From NCBI GenBank assembly GCA_013239625.1, contig MU054391.1:8217095-8281094 (forward strand): a stretch of 64,000 nt of DNA, read 5' to 3'. A program made the position numbers and the translations under genes. This stretch comes from Lama guanicoe. Its lineage: Eukaryota. Of this stretch, positions 25,360 to 37,975 are shown in pieces. Under the pieces are notes generated by a model that did not search any database, was not told where the DNA came from, and saw only the letters and a list, made by a program, of their open reading frames with translations. Position 1 is the first letter of the stretch. Each line of letters begins with the position of its first letter.

Positions 25360-28300
25360 AAAAGCTAGTGATAATTACAAACACCCAGATGTTAAGAAAT
25401 TAATTTAATAAATTATGATACAAGCACACAAACACTAAAAAACTAAAATGAACTTTTGAACATGTGGAAATAGTCATGATTTTATGTCAAGTAAAAAAAG
25501 ATAAAAGTGTATTATAAATTGATTTCTACCCATTACATATTTCATGATAGACACTTTGAAAGTGAAAGTGTCAAAACATTATCAAGTTTTGCTTCATAGT
25601 GTTATTTTTTTTATTTGCTCGCTTTGTAATATTTTTATTTTTCAGTTAATATATGATGTGTTCATTATTTGCACAATTTCAAAAACAATATAAATTTTAT
25701 AAGTTAAAAAAGCCCAAACTGACTTTTTTCTAGAACCAATCTTTATTTCTTCTTCTACTAGATGGCAGAGGATTGACAGAGATCCTGAAACCTCAGAATC
25801 AGCAAACTTTTAATTTGTGCTTGTCAGATGTCCAGAAAAGCTGAGTCCTTACAAGAAACTTAGCGACCCCTAACAGCTCTCTGCCTTTGCAGCAATATCT
25901 CAGGAGGACCGAGAGAAACCTCTCCAGAACTGACATCTGATTTCCATAGCAATTAAAATCATTGAATTACAGAACCCAAACACTCTACGTGAAACATTCC
26001 ACCCAGGCCCAAAGAAATCCTGACTCTTTATGAGGGTCCACATTGTGAATGCATGTGAAGCATCCTTTTCTAAATGATTTCCTAATTTAACATGTAGCTA
26101 AAAGACATACATAAATTCATTAGATAAGAGCTTAGTTACCAGTTGTAATGAAAATAAAAGCACACAATAGTTACATCTCTAAAATAAAGAAGCTTGTGGG
26201 GATTGCAATAGTTAGACATTCATTTTATCTAACAATAGTGAAAATGTTGAGCACCTGAACATTTTGATGTTTGTTTCACCATACTGTGAAATACTGATAT
26301 ATTTAATTCCCCAAATGGTTAGAATTATCTATCTGTCTATCTATCAGATGCTGCTTAGAAATAGTAAGTGAATAAAACTTACATACAATAACATTATAAA
26401 ATACAAATGTAAAACTTTGGATTTTACTGACTGGGCATTTCCAATTTGCTCTTTGAAATGTTTGTGTGTGTACATTCAAACATACTCTTGGTAGTTTTTC
26501 TTTATATTTTATAGTTTAGTATCTTTATTTATTTATTTTTTTCCCGACTGACGGAATGTCTATCGGTTTCCACTTAGTGCTAATAAATGCTGGTTTGCTG
26601 AATGGACATAATGTGCGTCTCATCCATCTTTTCTGGTGAGAGGGAGAGAATCACCGAGCAGGCATGTTGAGGCTTTATAAGATGCATGGTTTTCCCGATG
26701 CAAAGGCTCAGTCTGAGAATCCGCATTTTACTAGGCTGCACCACGCCTGCCGTTGGCCACAGTTCAATGCGTTGAATTTAAGGCTGGTGTATGGTGATGA
26801 TTTGGGGCGGAGGAAAGTTTTTACTCATAGAAATGTTGTTTGATTATAGTGGAATGTAAAGAACAGATAATTTTCTTCTTGGAGACTCATTACACAGTGT
26901 CATGAGAAAATGTCAGGAAATAGCAGATAAAAGGAGTAATTTCTATCTGACTTCTCATGCAATACATTAAAGTAAAATCTAAGCAACAAAAAATGTGTAA
27001 TAATCTGTTTGATAAAGAACATGAAAATTACTGCTCATACTTAGTGGAATTTTCCTTGTGTCTGATCTGAAATATATGACCTTAAGTACTATTTGGGGAG
27101 AAAGCTGAGTTTCTTAGATCCTTCTTTTACTTTATCTCACCAATTTTGTTTAATGATCTCTTGATACATTTAACTGTTGCAATCTTAATATTGTACCTAA
27201 AGTTCTGATTAAAATAACTAAATTCGTAACTTTAAAATTGTTCTATTTTGATCATAACCAGGTAACATTTTATATTTTAATTGGTCTTAATGTTGTAAAG
27301 GATAATGTCACAGATGGGTATTTTTCTTAACTAGGAGATGACGTTTTTAAAGCTTGTAAACACTCTTCGACTTCCTGGATTCATGGTAAAACAGCACAAG
27401 TATCCTGAGCCTCACTGATGGGATAATAAATTACTGTTATCTCTGTTTTACACGTATTGCTCTAAAGTGTGCTTAAAGGAGGAGAAACTTAGGTAAATGT
27501 AATAATTTGACAAGTACCTGTGTTTTCTCATACACTTTGAGGCTATTATATTTAAATATATAATTACATTTTTTATTGTATTTATATATAAATTGTATAC
27601 ATCAATATATATAACATTTAATCACCAAAGCAACTCCTAAGGTGGTTGTTTTATATCATCATTACATTGTGAATGGATGTAAACTCAAAGAAAGCCACAG
27701 AGTGCAGATGGTAGAAATGAGAAACAAGTCTGTATGTGTCTGATTTTGAGGTGCCAGACTTGAATTTTCAGATTTTTATATTAGATCAGCAAGAATGTCT
27801 TCATTTTTTAAATAAAAATTTGGTCGAAATGTTAAATGCACTGATGAAGTATCTTTTTTATTAACCTTCCGTGCTGTGGCAGTCATTTAACCTTTTCCTT
27901 CTATCCATCTATATTCATGATACAAGCTTAAATACGCCACATTTCTACAAGCCACTAATAGTAACTTAACACTGTGAACATTTGGACAGATTATTCCTCA
28001 AACCAATTATTATATTAACATTTTAGATTGAGGTATTATATACTATGCATGTGGTGAAATGTATTTATAGCAGAAGAAAAGATCTACCCTATAAATCTGA
28101 TTGTCTACCTGGGGTAGACAAACAAAATAGGGATGATGTTTTTTACAAAACTTGTCCTGGGTAGGGTGGCATTTAAATCTGGAATCTGTCCTTACAGTGA
28201 ATAAATGAGGAAGTCACATTAACAAATGAATTTATACAAAGACATACATTTGGTAACATAAAGGGGAGTGCTAAAGCAATGCAGTCTCGTCACTTGTTCT

Positions 28301-29974
28301 CCTAGATAACTTCAAATACTGTCTCTACAATTGCATCGATTTTAATCTGTATCCTGACATTGATTGGAAGAATAAGGTCAGGGTAATGACGAAGAGTTAG
28401 AGAAAGACTTTCTGGGAGTTGGATCTTATGTAGGGCTTTAAAAGTTGGGTAGGAATCAAATATATAGCCATACATCTGTGTCATTCTGTGGGAGGGCCAT
28501 GATTCCCCCATGGCACCAAATAACAATGACTATTATTGACTGACCTCTGTTATATGAGTCATTAACTTTCTTGACAGTGTGGAAACAGAGCTGATTAAAA
28601 TATGCTTCCTTACATCTGGTAGTATATGACCTACCTGGAGAGTAAAACATTTAAATATTTAAATGAGAGTAAAACATATACTTTCTCACCTAATTTTTGT
28701 CACATTATAGAAACTCAATACATAGTCAAATATTTAATAAGTTAATTATTGAATGAATGAGTTAATAAATGATCATCTCTTTAGATCATTGTGATCAAAA
28801 GCATAAGTAAGTGGCTGTCTATGGTCCCATTTTATAGCTCCATTATTAAATCTCCTATCAGGGAAAATCCTATTAGTCATTTAAAGGAAAAAATATATAA
28901 ATACAATAATAAAAATAGCACCTGATAATTGGATGCATGTCCTGGTTGAACCACTAATTCAAGCCAGTTAACTCTCATTGCCTTTTTGTGTATTTTCCCA
29001 TCTTCAAAGTGAGGTCCAATCCCTGTCCTGATTATTCCTTAGTGTCATTTCGAGAATGAAATGAGATAATAAATGTGAAACTGTTAAGTAGTCCATGAAG
29101 AAGTCTGTGTGTGTCAGGGAATCATGTAATTACACACATCATTGGGTTTCTTATCACAAAGGCATTTAAAATATATTCCATAAAAAAGTATGGTTTTCCT
29201 TGGGAAATAACGAACTTTGTCTTAATAAAGAGAGAATGCCGATGAAAAAGTAGAAGGAAATAACTCCTTGTAGAAATCTCTAAAATCAATTCAAGAAGGT
29301 TGGTTGAATATTAGGATTTCTGCTTATGAACCCAGAATAAAATATTCTTGTTTATAGGTTTTAAGCTATACTTTATGCTAATCTAGCAACAAACATCACT
29401 TTGTAAAATCCTCTACAACTTGACATTGAACTTTGTTATCAAAGTATCAGAAAACTTTTATATTCCACCCCATGTTAGTGTGTGTCTGTAGGTATATGTG
29501 TGAAAAAGATAAAATATATGTATGCAAGCACTGATGTGCAGATGAAGAATTATTTTCCTTTCACAAATGAAAAGAGAATGAAAAATCAGGCCATGAGGTA
29601 TCAATCAGACCTTGCAGTCAGTAGCTATTTTGCAGGGATTGTTGGTTTCTAACAGAAGAGTTTGGGGCATTCTAATCACATGGAAAAAGGAGACAAATCT
29701 TGAGCCTACATGATGTGTAGAATTGGAAATAAGCTCCTACACATTAATCTGGATATTCAAAAGTTTGAAACTGAATGAAAATATTAACCAGAGGGGGAAA
29801 ACTATTCATTCTACTCAGTTGTATGGAGAAACATTGTTTGGTTTGGTCAAGACTCTGGGTTAAAAAAAAAAAGAAAAAATACTGAAAATTTCTAACAATG
29901 GCTGGCAATGTGTCTTTACTCATATTGGCTAGAAAAAGCAAACCGATAAATTAACATTAAAAAGAGGAGGTCTG

Positions 29975-32537
29975 CGAGAAAATTATGAAAAACTATATGG
30001 AACCAAACTGGATAACCTAGAGGAGATGGACAAGTTTCTGGAAACATACTGTCCATCAAGACTGAATCAAGAAGAAACTGACCACTTGAACAAACTGATC
30101 ACTAGAAATGAAATCAAAATACCAATAAAAAACCTCCCTACAAATAAAAGTCCAGGACCGATGGCTTCACCGGGGAATTCTACCAAACATACAAAGAAGA
30201 ACTCATACCAGTCCTTCTCAAACTCTTCCGGAAGATTGAAAAGGAGGGAATACTCCCAAATTCATTCTATGAAGCCACTATCACCCTGATACGAAAACCA
30301 GGCAAAGACACTATCAAAAAAGAGAACTATAGGCCAATAACACTGATGAACATAGATGCCAAAATCCTCACCAAAATATTAGCAAATAGAATCCAACAAC
30401 CATAAAAGATTATACATCATGACCAAGTGGGGTTCATCCCAGGGACAAAAGGGTGGTTCAATATACATAAATCAATCAATGTAATACATCACATCAACAA
30501 GAGAAAGGACAAAAACCACATGATCATCTCAATCGATGCAGAAAAAGCATTTGATAAAATTCAACACCCATTTATGATAAAAACTCTCACCAAAGTGTGT
30601 ACAGAGGGAACATATCTCAATATAATAAAAGCTGTATATGACAAACCTAAGCCAGCATAGTACTCAATGGTGAAAATCTCAAAAGCTTCCCACTAAAATC
30701 TGGGACAAGACAAGGATGCCCACTATCACCACTCCTATTCAACATAGTCTTGGAAGTCCTAGCCACAGCAATCAGGCAAGAGAGAGAAATAAAAGGGATC
30801 CAAATTGGAAAAGGAGAGGTAGAAGTGTCACTATATGCCAACGACATGTTACTATATATAGAAAACCCTAAAAGGTCCACACAAAAACTACTAGAGCTGA
30901 TTGAAGAATTCAGCAAGGTAGCAGGTTACAAGATTAATGTTCAAAAATCAGTTGTATTTCTTTACACTAACGATGAATCAACAGAAAAAGAAAGTAAAGA
31001 AACAACCCCCTTTAAAATAGCACCCAAAGTAATAAAATACCTAGAAATAAATCTAACAAAGGAGGTGAAAGAATTATACACAGAAAACTATAAACCATTG
31101 ATGAAGGAAATTAAAGAAGACTTTAAAAAATGGAAAGATATCCCATGCTCTTGGATTGGAAGAATCAATATTGTTAAAATGGTCACACTGCCCAAGGCAA
31201 TCTACAGATTTAATGCAATCCCTATCCAATTACCCAGGACATATTTCACAGAACTAGAACAAATCATAATAAAATTTATATGGAACCATCAAAGACCTAG
31301 AATTGCTAAAGCATTACTGAAGAGAAAGAAAGAGGCTGGAGGAATAACTCTCCCAGACTTCAGACAATACTATAGAGCTACAGTCATCAAGACAGCATGG
31401 TATTGGTACCAAAACAGACATATGGACCAATGGAACAGAACAGAGAGCCCAGAAATGAACCCACAAACTTTTGGTCAACTAATCTTCGACAAAGGAGGCA
31501 AGAATATACAATGGAATAAAGACAGTCTCTTCAGCAAATGGTGTTGGGAAAACTGGACAGCAGCATGTAAAACAATGAAGCTAGAACACACCCTTACACC
31601 ATATACAAAAATCAACTCAAAATGGATTAAAGACTTAAACATAAGACAAGATACAATAAACCTCCTAGAGGAAAACATAGGCAAAACATTATCTGACATA
31701 CATTTCAAAAATTTTCTCCTAGAAGAAATAAAAGCAAGAATAAACAAATGGGACCTAATGAAACTTACAAGCTTCTGCAGAGCAAAGGAAACCAGAAATA
31801 AAACAAGAAGAAAACCTACGGAATGGGAGAAAATTTTTGCAAGTGAAACCGACAAAGGCTTGATCTCCAAAATATATAAGCAGCTCATACGACTCAATAA
31901 GAAAAAAATAAACAACCCAATCCAAAAATGGGCAGAAGACCTAAACAAGCAATTCTCCAAGGAAGACATACAAATGATCAAAAAGCACATGAAAAAATGT
32001 TCAATATCACTAATTATCAGAGAAATGCAAATCAAAACTACAATGAGGTATCACCTCACACCAGTCAGAATGGCCGTCATTCAAAAATCCAAAAATGACA
32101 AATGCTGGAGAGGCTGTGGAGAAAGGGGAACCCTCCTACACTGCTGGTGGGAATGCAGTTTGGTGTAGCCACTGTGGAAAACAGTATGGCGATTCCTTCA
32201 AAGACTAGGAATAGACTTACCATATGACCCAGGAATCCTGCTTCTGGGCTTATATCCAGAAGGATCCCTACTTCAGGATGACACTTCCACTCTAATGTTC
32301 AAAGCAGTACTATTTACAATAGCCAAGACATGGAGACAGCCTAAATGTCCATCAACGGATGACTGGATAAAGAAGAAGTGGTATATTTATGCAATGGAAT
32401 ACTACTCAGCCATAAAAACTGACAACATAACACCATTTGCAGCAACATGGATGCTCCTGAAGAATGTCATTCTAAGTGAAGTAAGCCAGAAAGAGAAAGA
32501 AAAATACCATATGAGATCGCTCATATGTGAAATCTAA
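29975..32537 (+). pseudogene. Disrupted L1 ORF2p (reverse transcriptase and Cys-rich C-terminus)
   Basis: ORF pieces 30026-30289, 30427-30660, 30750-32168, 32295-32537 with motifs [11 protein letters not shown] and CWRGCG..HCWWEC; frameshifts near 30160, 30400 and 30647; TAG at 32166-32168; catalytic motif reads YAND. Confidence 0.97.
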
Positions 32538-32873
32538 AAAGAAAAACAAAAACAAAAAAACACACAAACAAAGCATAAATACAAAACAGAAATAGCCTCA
32601 TAGACATAGAATACAAACATGTGGTTGCCAAGGGGGTGGAGGGTGGGAAGGGATAAACTGGGATTTCAAAATTGTAGAATAGTTAAACAAGATTATACTG
32701 TATAGCACAGGGAAATATATACAAGATCTTATGGTAGCTCATGGAGAAAAAAATGTGACAATGAATATATATATGTTCATGTATAACTGAAAAATTGTGC
32801 TCTACACTGGAATTTGATACAACATTGTAAAATGATTATAAATCAAGAAAAAATGTTAAAAAATAAAATAAAT
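29975..32873 (+). mobile_element. Young 5'-truncated LINE-1 (about 2.9 kb: ORF2 RT to C-terminus, 3' UTR, A-rich tail)
   Basis: L1 ORF2p translation; 16-bp TSD aaaaagaggaggtctg (29959-29974) / aaaaggaggaggtctg (32874-32889); TT|AAAAA endonuclease site at 29957-29963. Confidence 0.98.
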
Positions 32874-32894
32874 AAAAGGAGGAGGTCTGTATTG

Positions 32895-32904
32895 TTTATT
32901 ATTG

Positions 32905-32939
<35 letters not shown>

Positions 32940-32961
32940 TACTACTACTACTACTACTACT
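32895..32961. repeat. Compound (ATT)n(ACT)n microsatellite
   Basis: Direct reading, just downstream of the L1 TSD. Confidence 0.9.
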
Positions 32962-35900
32962 TGTGGATACATGACTAAGAGTTACTATTTACTGCAGCTG
33001 TTTCACAATTTCCCCCTAAACGTAAGTATGTGGCTCTGCATATGCCTCAGAGACATAAAGTGAGCAGCTGCTATAACATGGTAGGTAAGCCTGTCACCTG
33101 TAAAATCAAAAGCTTGGATTAAATCTGGTCTAAAACACACACTAGTGTGAATTTAGACAAGTATTTTACCTTTGTATGCTTACATAACCTCAGTTGTAAA
33201 ATGTGAATGATAATAATATTAGTAATACCTAGCTCATATGGTTACATGGCAAGTAGCAAGATTCAAAGTCAGATCTGTTTGATTAAAAATTCCGTATGTT
33301 TTCACCATTATGCTTCATCCTAAACACAGCTAAATTTTCTGCAAAGGTCTTTGGTTCAGTGATTTAACTGGCAAATGACATTGAGGAAAATCTGTCTCTC
33401 TCCTTTGGAGAGACTCCCAGCATTGTTTATATAAAAAATTGAGTATTAACAATGACTGACATGGCCAGAAAATCCTACAACTAATATGATCAGAGAATGA
33501 ATTTCATGTAAAAGTCAAATCATCAAGGCAAACATTCTATGTTTTAATAAATTCAGTTATAGGAATCAAACCACAATACTGACATTCTTTGGGTCATGTT
33601 CTGAAAAACATTTGTCATGTACCTAGAAAAAGTTCAATGGAAATTAATAACATTAAGTAATTTTATAAATACATGTTAAGTAGGTGTAGTGAAATAACTT
33701 TCTTTCAGTTAAGAAGATGCTTAGATATGAAAATGTGGAGGAACTGCTGTATTGAGATATTTATTAGGTATTGTTATATGTACTATATAGGAAAATTAAT
33801 GTTACAAATAGAAAGTTATAAAAAGGAAACAGGTCGAGCTACTCACAATATATTTGTATATTTTATGTCCAATCTATCTTAAATTGCAGACAGCATTTTT
33901 AATGTTTGTAACTATAGATATTATTTTGCATTTTGTAATTTTCCCTTAGTATTATAGAACAGGCCTTTCGTGCATTACAATACCCTTTAAGTAAACGTTA
34001 TTATGATGGGTACGTATTCAGACGGATAAATCACCGCTTACATTTATATACTGCTTCTTTACCTTTAGTCTCTTTTTCTTTGTTTTGCTTTCTCTTATTT
34101 ACCTGTTTTCTATTTCATTATTACACATTTTAATTAAAATACTGGTATGTAAGATTGCTGGGTACTTCAAGTTACTTTCTCAGGATAGTTTTTAAGACTT
34201 GGGTTGGAGTGAATGTTTGGTAGCTTGAATACATACTACCAAATGAAAAGGTTCTATGCGAACCAATGAATCAGTAAGAAAATTCACTGTTAAATGCCAT
34301 TTAGATAATTTGTTTAATCATTTGACCCTAAGTATTGTTTTTAATAAGTTAAGAAAATTAAACTTATGCAGTGGCTCATAAAGTCTACATTTCAATCCTA
34401 CTTACTTTGCTTTTTATTTTTTAGTTATCAGATTTTTAAATTGTGCACCTAGCTGCAAATCTAAGATCATGCTCAGAATGAGACAATTAGTGCGACCATA
34501 CAGAATTAATATAAGTACATACAGCTCAACTCCAACAAAAAACAGGTGTATGTGTACCCATCTTACATGATGAAATATTTGTATCTAATTATATTTAGGC
34601 TTTGGGCTTGTGAAACATCACTCTTAAATCCAACTATTATCTTTGCAAACACTTAGGATCTTTGGACCCCCTGTTGGTACTTATTAGACCACATAAGTTG
34701 AAACCTTCTTCCAGAAACAAGATTATGTAGCACGAAGAAAAGTGAAAAATAAAATAACCACAGAAAAAAATGATTCTACACAGCTGTAAAAGGTCAGAGA
34801 AAATGCCAAATATCACAGAAATTCATAGAATCTTACTCTTCTTATTTCGACTAAACTGAAAAACTGCTCCTTATTTTTTTTTTATGGAGACTAATGCAAA
34901 TTACACATGCTGTAGGAAATAAGAATCCATTGCAAATCACCAAGAAATCATTTAAAAACTGGAACAAAATAATTTTTAATAAATGGTAAGGAGGATTCCA
35001 TCTTAAAAGAGTTAGCTTATGAATTTGATTTTAGTGCATGTGCTTATAAACATTAATTTCATTATGAAAGGTTGTAATTTACTTTCCCCCTAGGAAAGAA
35101 AACTCTGCCTTGGATTATATTTGCATATCTTTTTTAACAGCCTCATTCCATTTCTGACATGTACAAATATTTATAGTGCCGGGAGGTCTGGCATTTCTGT
35201 ACTCTTGGCAGTAGACAGAGCAACTGGCTTGGAGATGGCTATAAAGTCACATCTCACTGATGTTCGCATCCAGGAATGCAGGGACCCACTCAGTGTCCCT
35301 GGATCAATACTGACGACCAAATGGTGATGCTGCAGTTGAACTTTCCATGGATACTGGCTTTTCTCCAAATGCACCAATTCTGAAAAGGAGTTAGTACTAT
35401 TTATTGGGAGAGGGTTTTTTTAACTTATATAGAATTCTAAAATTGAAACCATCTGAAATTGTCATCTGTTCATACAGTTTGGGCTTCTTTTCTGAGTTTA
35501 GTCCCCTCTTATTTACTGCTGTGCCTGCCCTGGTTCAAGACTGATGACTTCTTGCCCGGTCCCACTGTGGTTGCCTGCTAATCTGTCACCTCCCAGTTCC
35601 TAGTCACCCCTTTCCCAAACCCTCCCCACATCTGTATTGTTCAGCCATTGTCACAATAAGGTTGTGTAAAGAATCACCCAAAACCGTAGTGACAGAAATG
35701 ACAGTCATTTATTTTCACTGGTCTGTGAATGTCAGGCAGCTCATAGCACCTCCTCTATGAGACATTTTCTCCTGCCCCCTCATCTTGACATCTGACAATT
35801 CTCCTGAAATGCTCCTCTGTAAACTGTGCACGTTTTCCCCACAGCATATATTCATTCAAAATATTTATTTAATGTCCACTAGAATAGGCATTCAGGATAA

Positions 35901-36349
35901 ATCGATGAACAGAACAGAGATTCCTGCTTATTATTATATTTATTGAATTTTGTCTCTTCTGCTATTACTCCAAACACTCCCTGAGATTAGTCACCTGTGT
36001 ATCAGCACAAAGTAGAGTGCTTGGCATGTATGTGGTGCTATCTGGTCTTGAACAAACCCTTCTGGCTGAGTCTTTTTGGATAGTTTTCCAATGATCTGTC
36101 TATGCTGTGAGGTACCTAGTGTATTTGACCCTGGGGTGGATTACTTTTTAATCCCTTACTTTACATGAGAAAATCATTTTCAGTAATAATACCAGAAAAA
36201 GCATGTGAGGGAAGATCACTGCTCCTCCTGCCAGCAGTAAGGGGGGGCGGGGCGGGGGGGGGGTCCTGATTGCCAGCTGGCGGCTGAGTAACTCAGCTCT
36301 AAAATATCCTTCTAGAGTCAACTTCCTCAGGCAAGTTTTAGAACCACTT

Positions 36350-36780
36350 GCCACAGGCTGGGTCTCCTGAGCAGCGAGCTCAGGTTGAGACTTGTGTACC
36401 GGAGGTTGGCTCATTGTGAAGGAGAAAAAGAAGTGGGATCAGAGAGAGAAGGTGAACTGAAATGCACTTGCGGAAAAGGCCACAGCTGATCCCAGGGGTG
36501 CCCTGGAATTGCATTTGGCCTTCAAAGCCGTCCCGCTTTGAGCAGAGGGCTATTCATTTACATTCTCGTCTCTTTCCTCCCTCGTGGACTAGTGGGTGGA
36601 TTTAGTGTCACCAGGAAAAGAACGTGATCTTGGGTGAGGTAGTAAATTGTGAAATGAGCAATTCCCAGAGAAGGTTTCAGCTGAGGTCGGCCAGCCAGGC
36701 AACATCCTCAGAAGCTGGGAGAATGAGCGTCCCAGGTTTGAAATGGAGATTTGATTGGGTCACTGGCGCATCCTCTCCAC
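36350..36780 (-). mobile_element. LTR16-like ERVL solo LTR
   Basis: 'aggccacagctgatcccaggggtgccctgga', 'gtgatcttgggtgagg', 'gcaattcccagagaagg...cagctgag', 'agctgggagaatgag' resemble antisense LTR16C. Confidence 0.7.
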
Positions 36781-37326
36781 TTAACAGACTGTATAACCAC
36801 TTCACCCACTTTGGTGAACCTTCTAGCAGAGGAAGGGGTACTTGATGTCTGTGAAAACCTGCTAACAAGTACTATGCAGTCAATTATTTTTGATGAATTA
36901 ATTTTTTTCTTTCTGAAGATTTTTGAAAGAGATTATCAAACCCAAAACTAGAAGAAAAACAAACTCTTGAATGGAGGGAGATAGACAGTCCAGCTATTTC
37001 TAAATTTTCTTCAGTTAATATCATTGACATTTTTGGGAAATTTTTTTTCCAATTTCAGGACTCTGAGTTTTCTGTCATCAATATATTTGAATAGCTATTT
37101 ATTTCATCAACAGTTAGTTTTCAATGGTATCTACTTATCCCTTTAAAATCCCTTTTTTCCCCATAAAAGTCTTCAAAAGTGTTATTTGCCTTTTACATGC
37201 ATTAAATGGTGCCTTAAAATGGTGATTAACATTCTCAATACTCAACAGAATTCAGTGGTTTCTACATCTATTTTCTGAATCTATCTTCCATTATTAGCAT
37301 TGAGACATTTTATTTTCTCCCCTTCA

Positions 37327-37975
37327 TGTAAAATACAGCAGCCTCTTCACGGTTTTCTGAATTACAGATCTCAGCCAGGACGGCCTTATGTTTCCCTCAG
37401 CTCGACTGAACTTGAGACAAGCCGCCTCCTCCTGCCTCTGGGTCACTGACCCCCTCCCCCCACCCCTGAGGAGCCCACCTGGTCTAAGTGCAGAGATCCT
37501 TTCCTTCCCTCTTCTTAAATTGTCTATTTTAAAAAGAACCTGTGATTGGAAATCATTTCTCTGCCCCTTTGAGGTGTAAATCTTTCAAAAGCTCTCTTGC
37601 CAGTTTGACGACCTTAAGGCTCTTTCTCGAACACCAGGGAAACTTCCCTTTGAAATGCAGTCATTAGAGAAGACAGTGCCACTCATGGCCCAGTTTCCGT
37701 GTTCGGGGAAGACCCTAACCCCCAGAGGCACGCTGTCCAACTTATAAAACAACCTCCTATCCGGAACATATGAGAAAAGTTTACTTTTCCTCTGAGTAAC
37801 CAATTTGCAAACACAGATGACTTATGATTCCTCCCACCCCGACCTTTGAAGAAAAATCCCCTGCAACTCTAGTTTCATCAGAGCTTAGTAAGAATGCATT
37901 CCAGCCCCTCTCTCATTACCATAGCCTTGAAGAAAGTCTTTCTAACTTTGTCCAGTGTAATTTTTGATGTTTCAA
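37327..37975 (+). mobile_element. ERV1-class solo LTR (MER31/MER34-like)
   Basis: 'tttccctcagctcgactgaacttgagacaag', 'tttgaaatgcagtcat', 'tttacttttcctctgagtaaccaatttgcaaacacagatg', 'atagccttgaagaaagtctt'. Confidence 0.6.

Noticed and set aside
28101..28121. 9-bp hairpin ttgtctacc-tgg-ggtagacaa
   Set aside because: An isolated short stem is expected by chance in 64 kb and has no supporting context.
31475..32035. Near-identical 186-aa hydrophobic ORFs here (-) and at 47047-47607 (+), resembling duplicated membrane-protein genes
   Set aside because: They are the antisense frame of L1 ORF2; A-rich sense codons give Phe/Leu/Ile-rich antisense ORFs.
30750..32168. 472-aa RT-containing ORF as a functional or novel RT system
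   Set aside because: Ordinary L1 ORF2 fragment: no endonuclease, upstream frameshifts, YAND catalytic mutation, premature stop.
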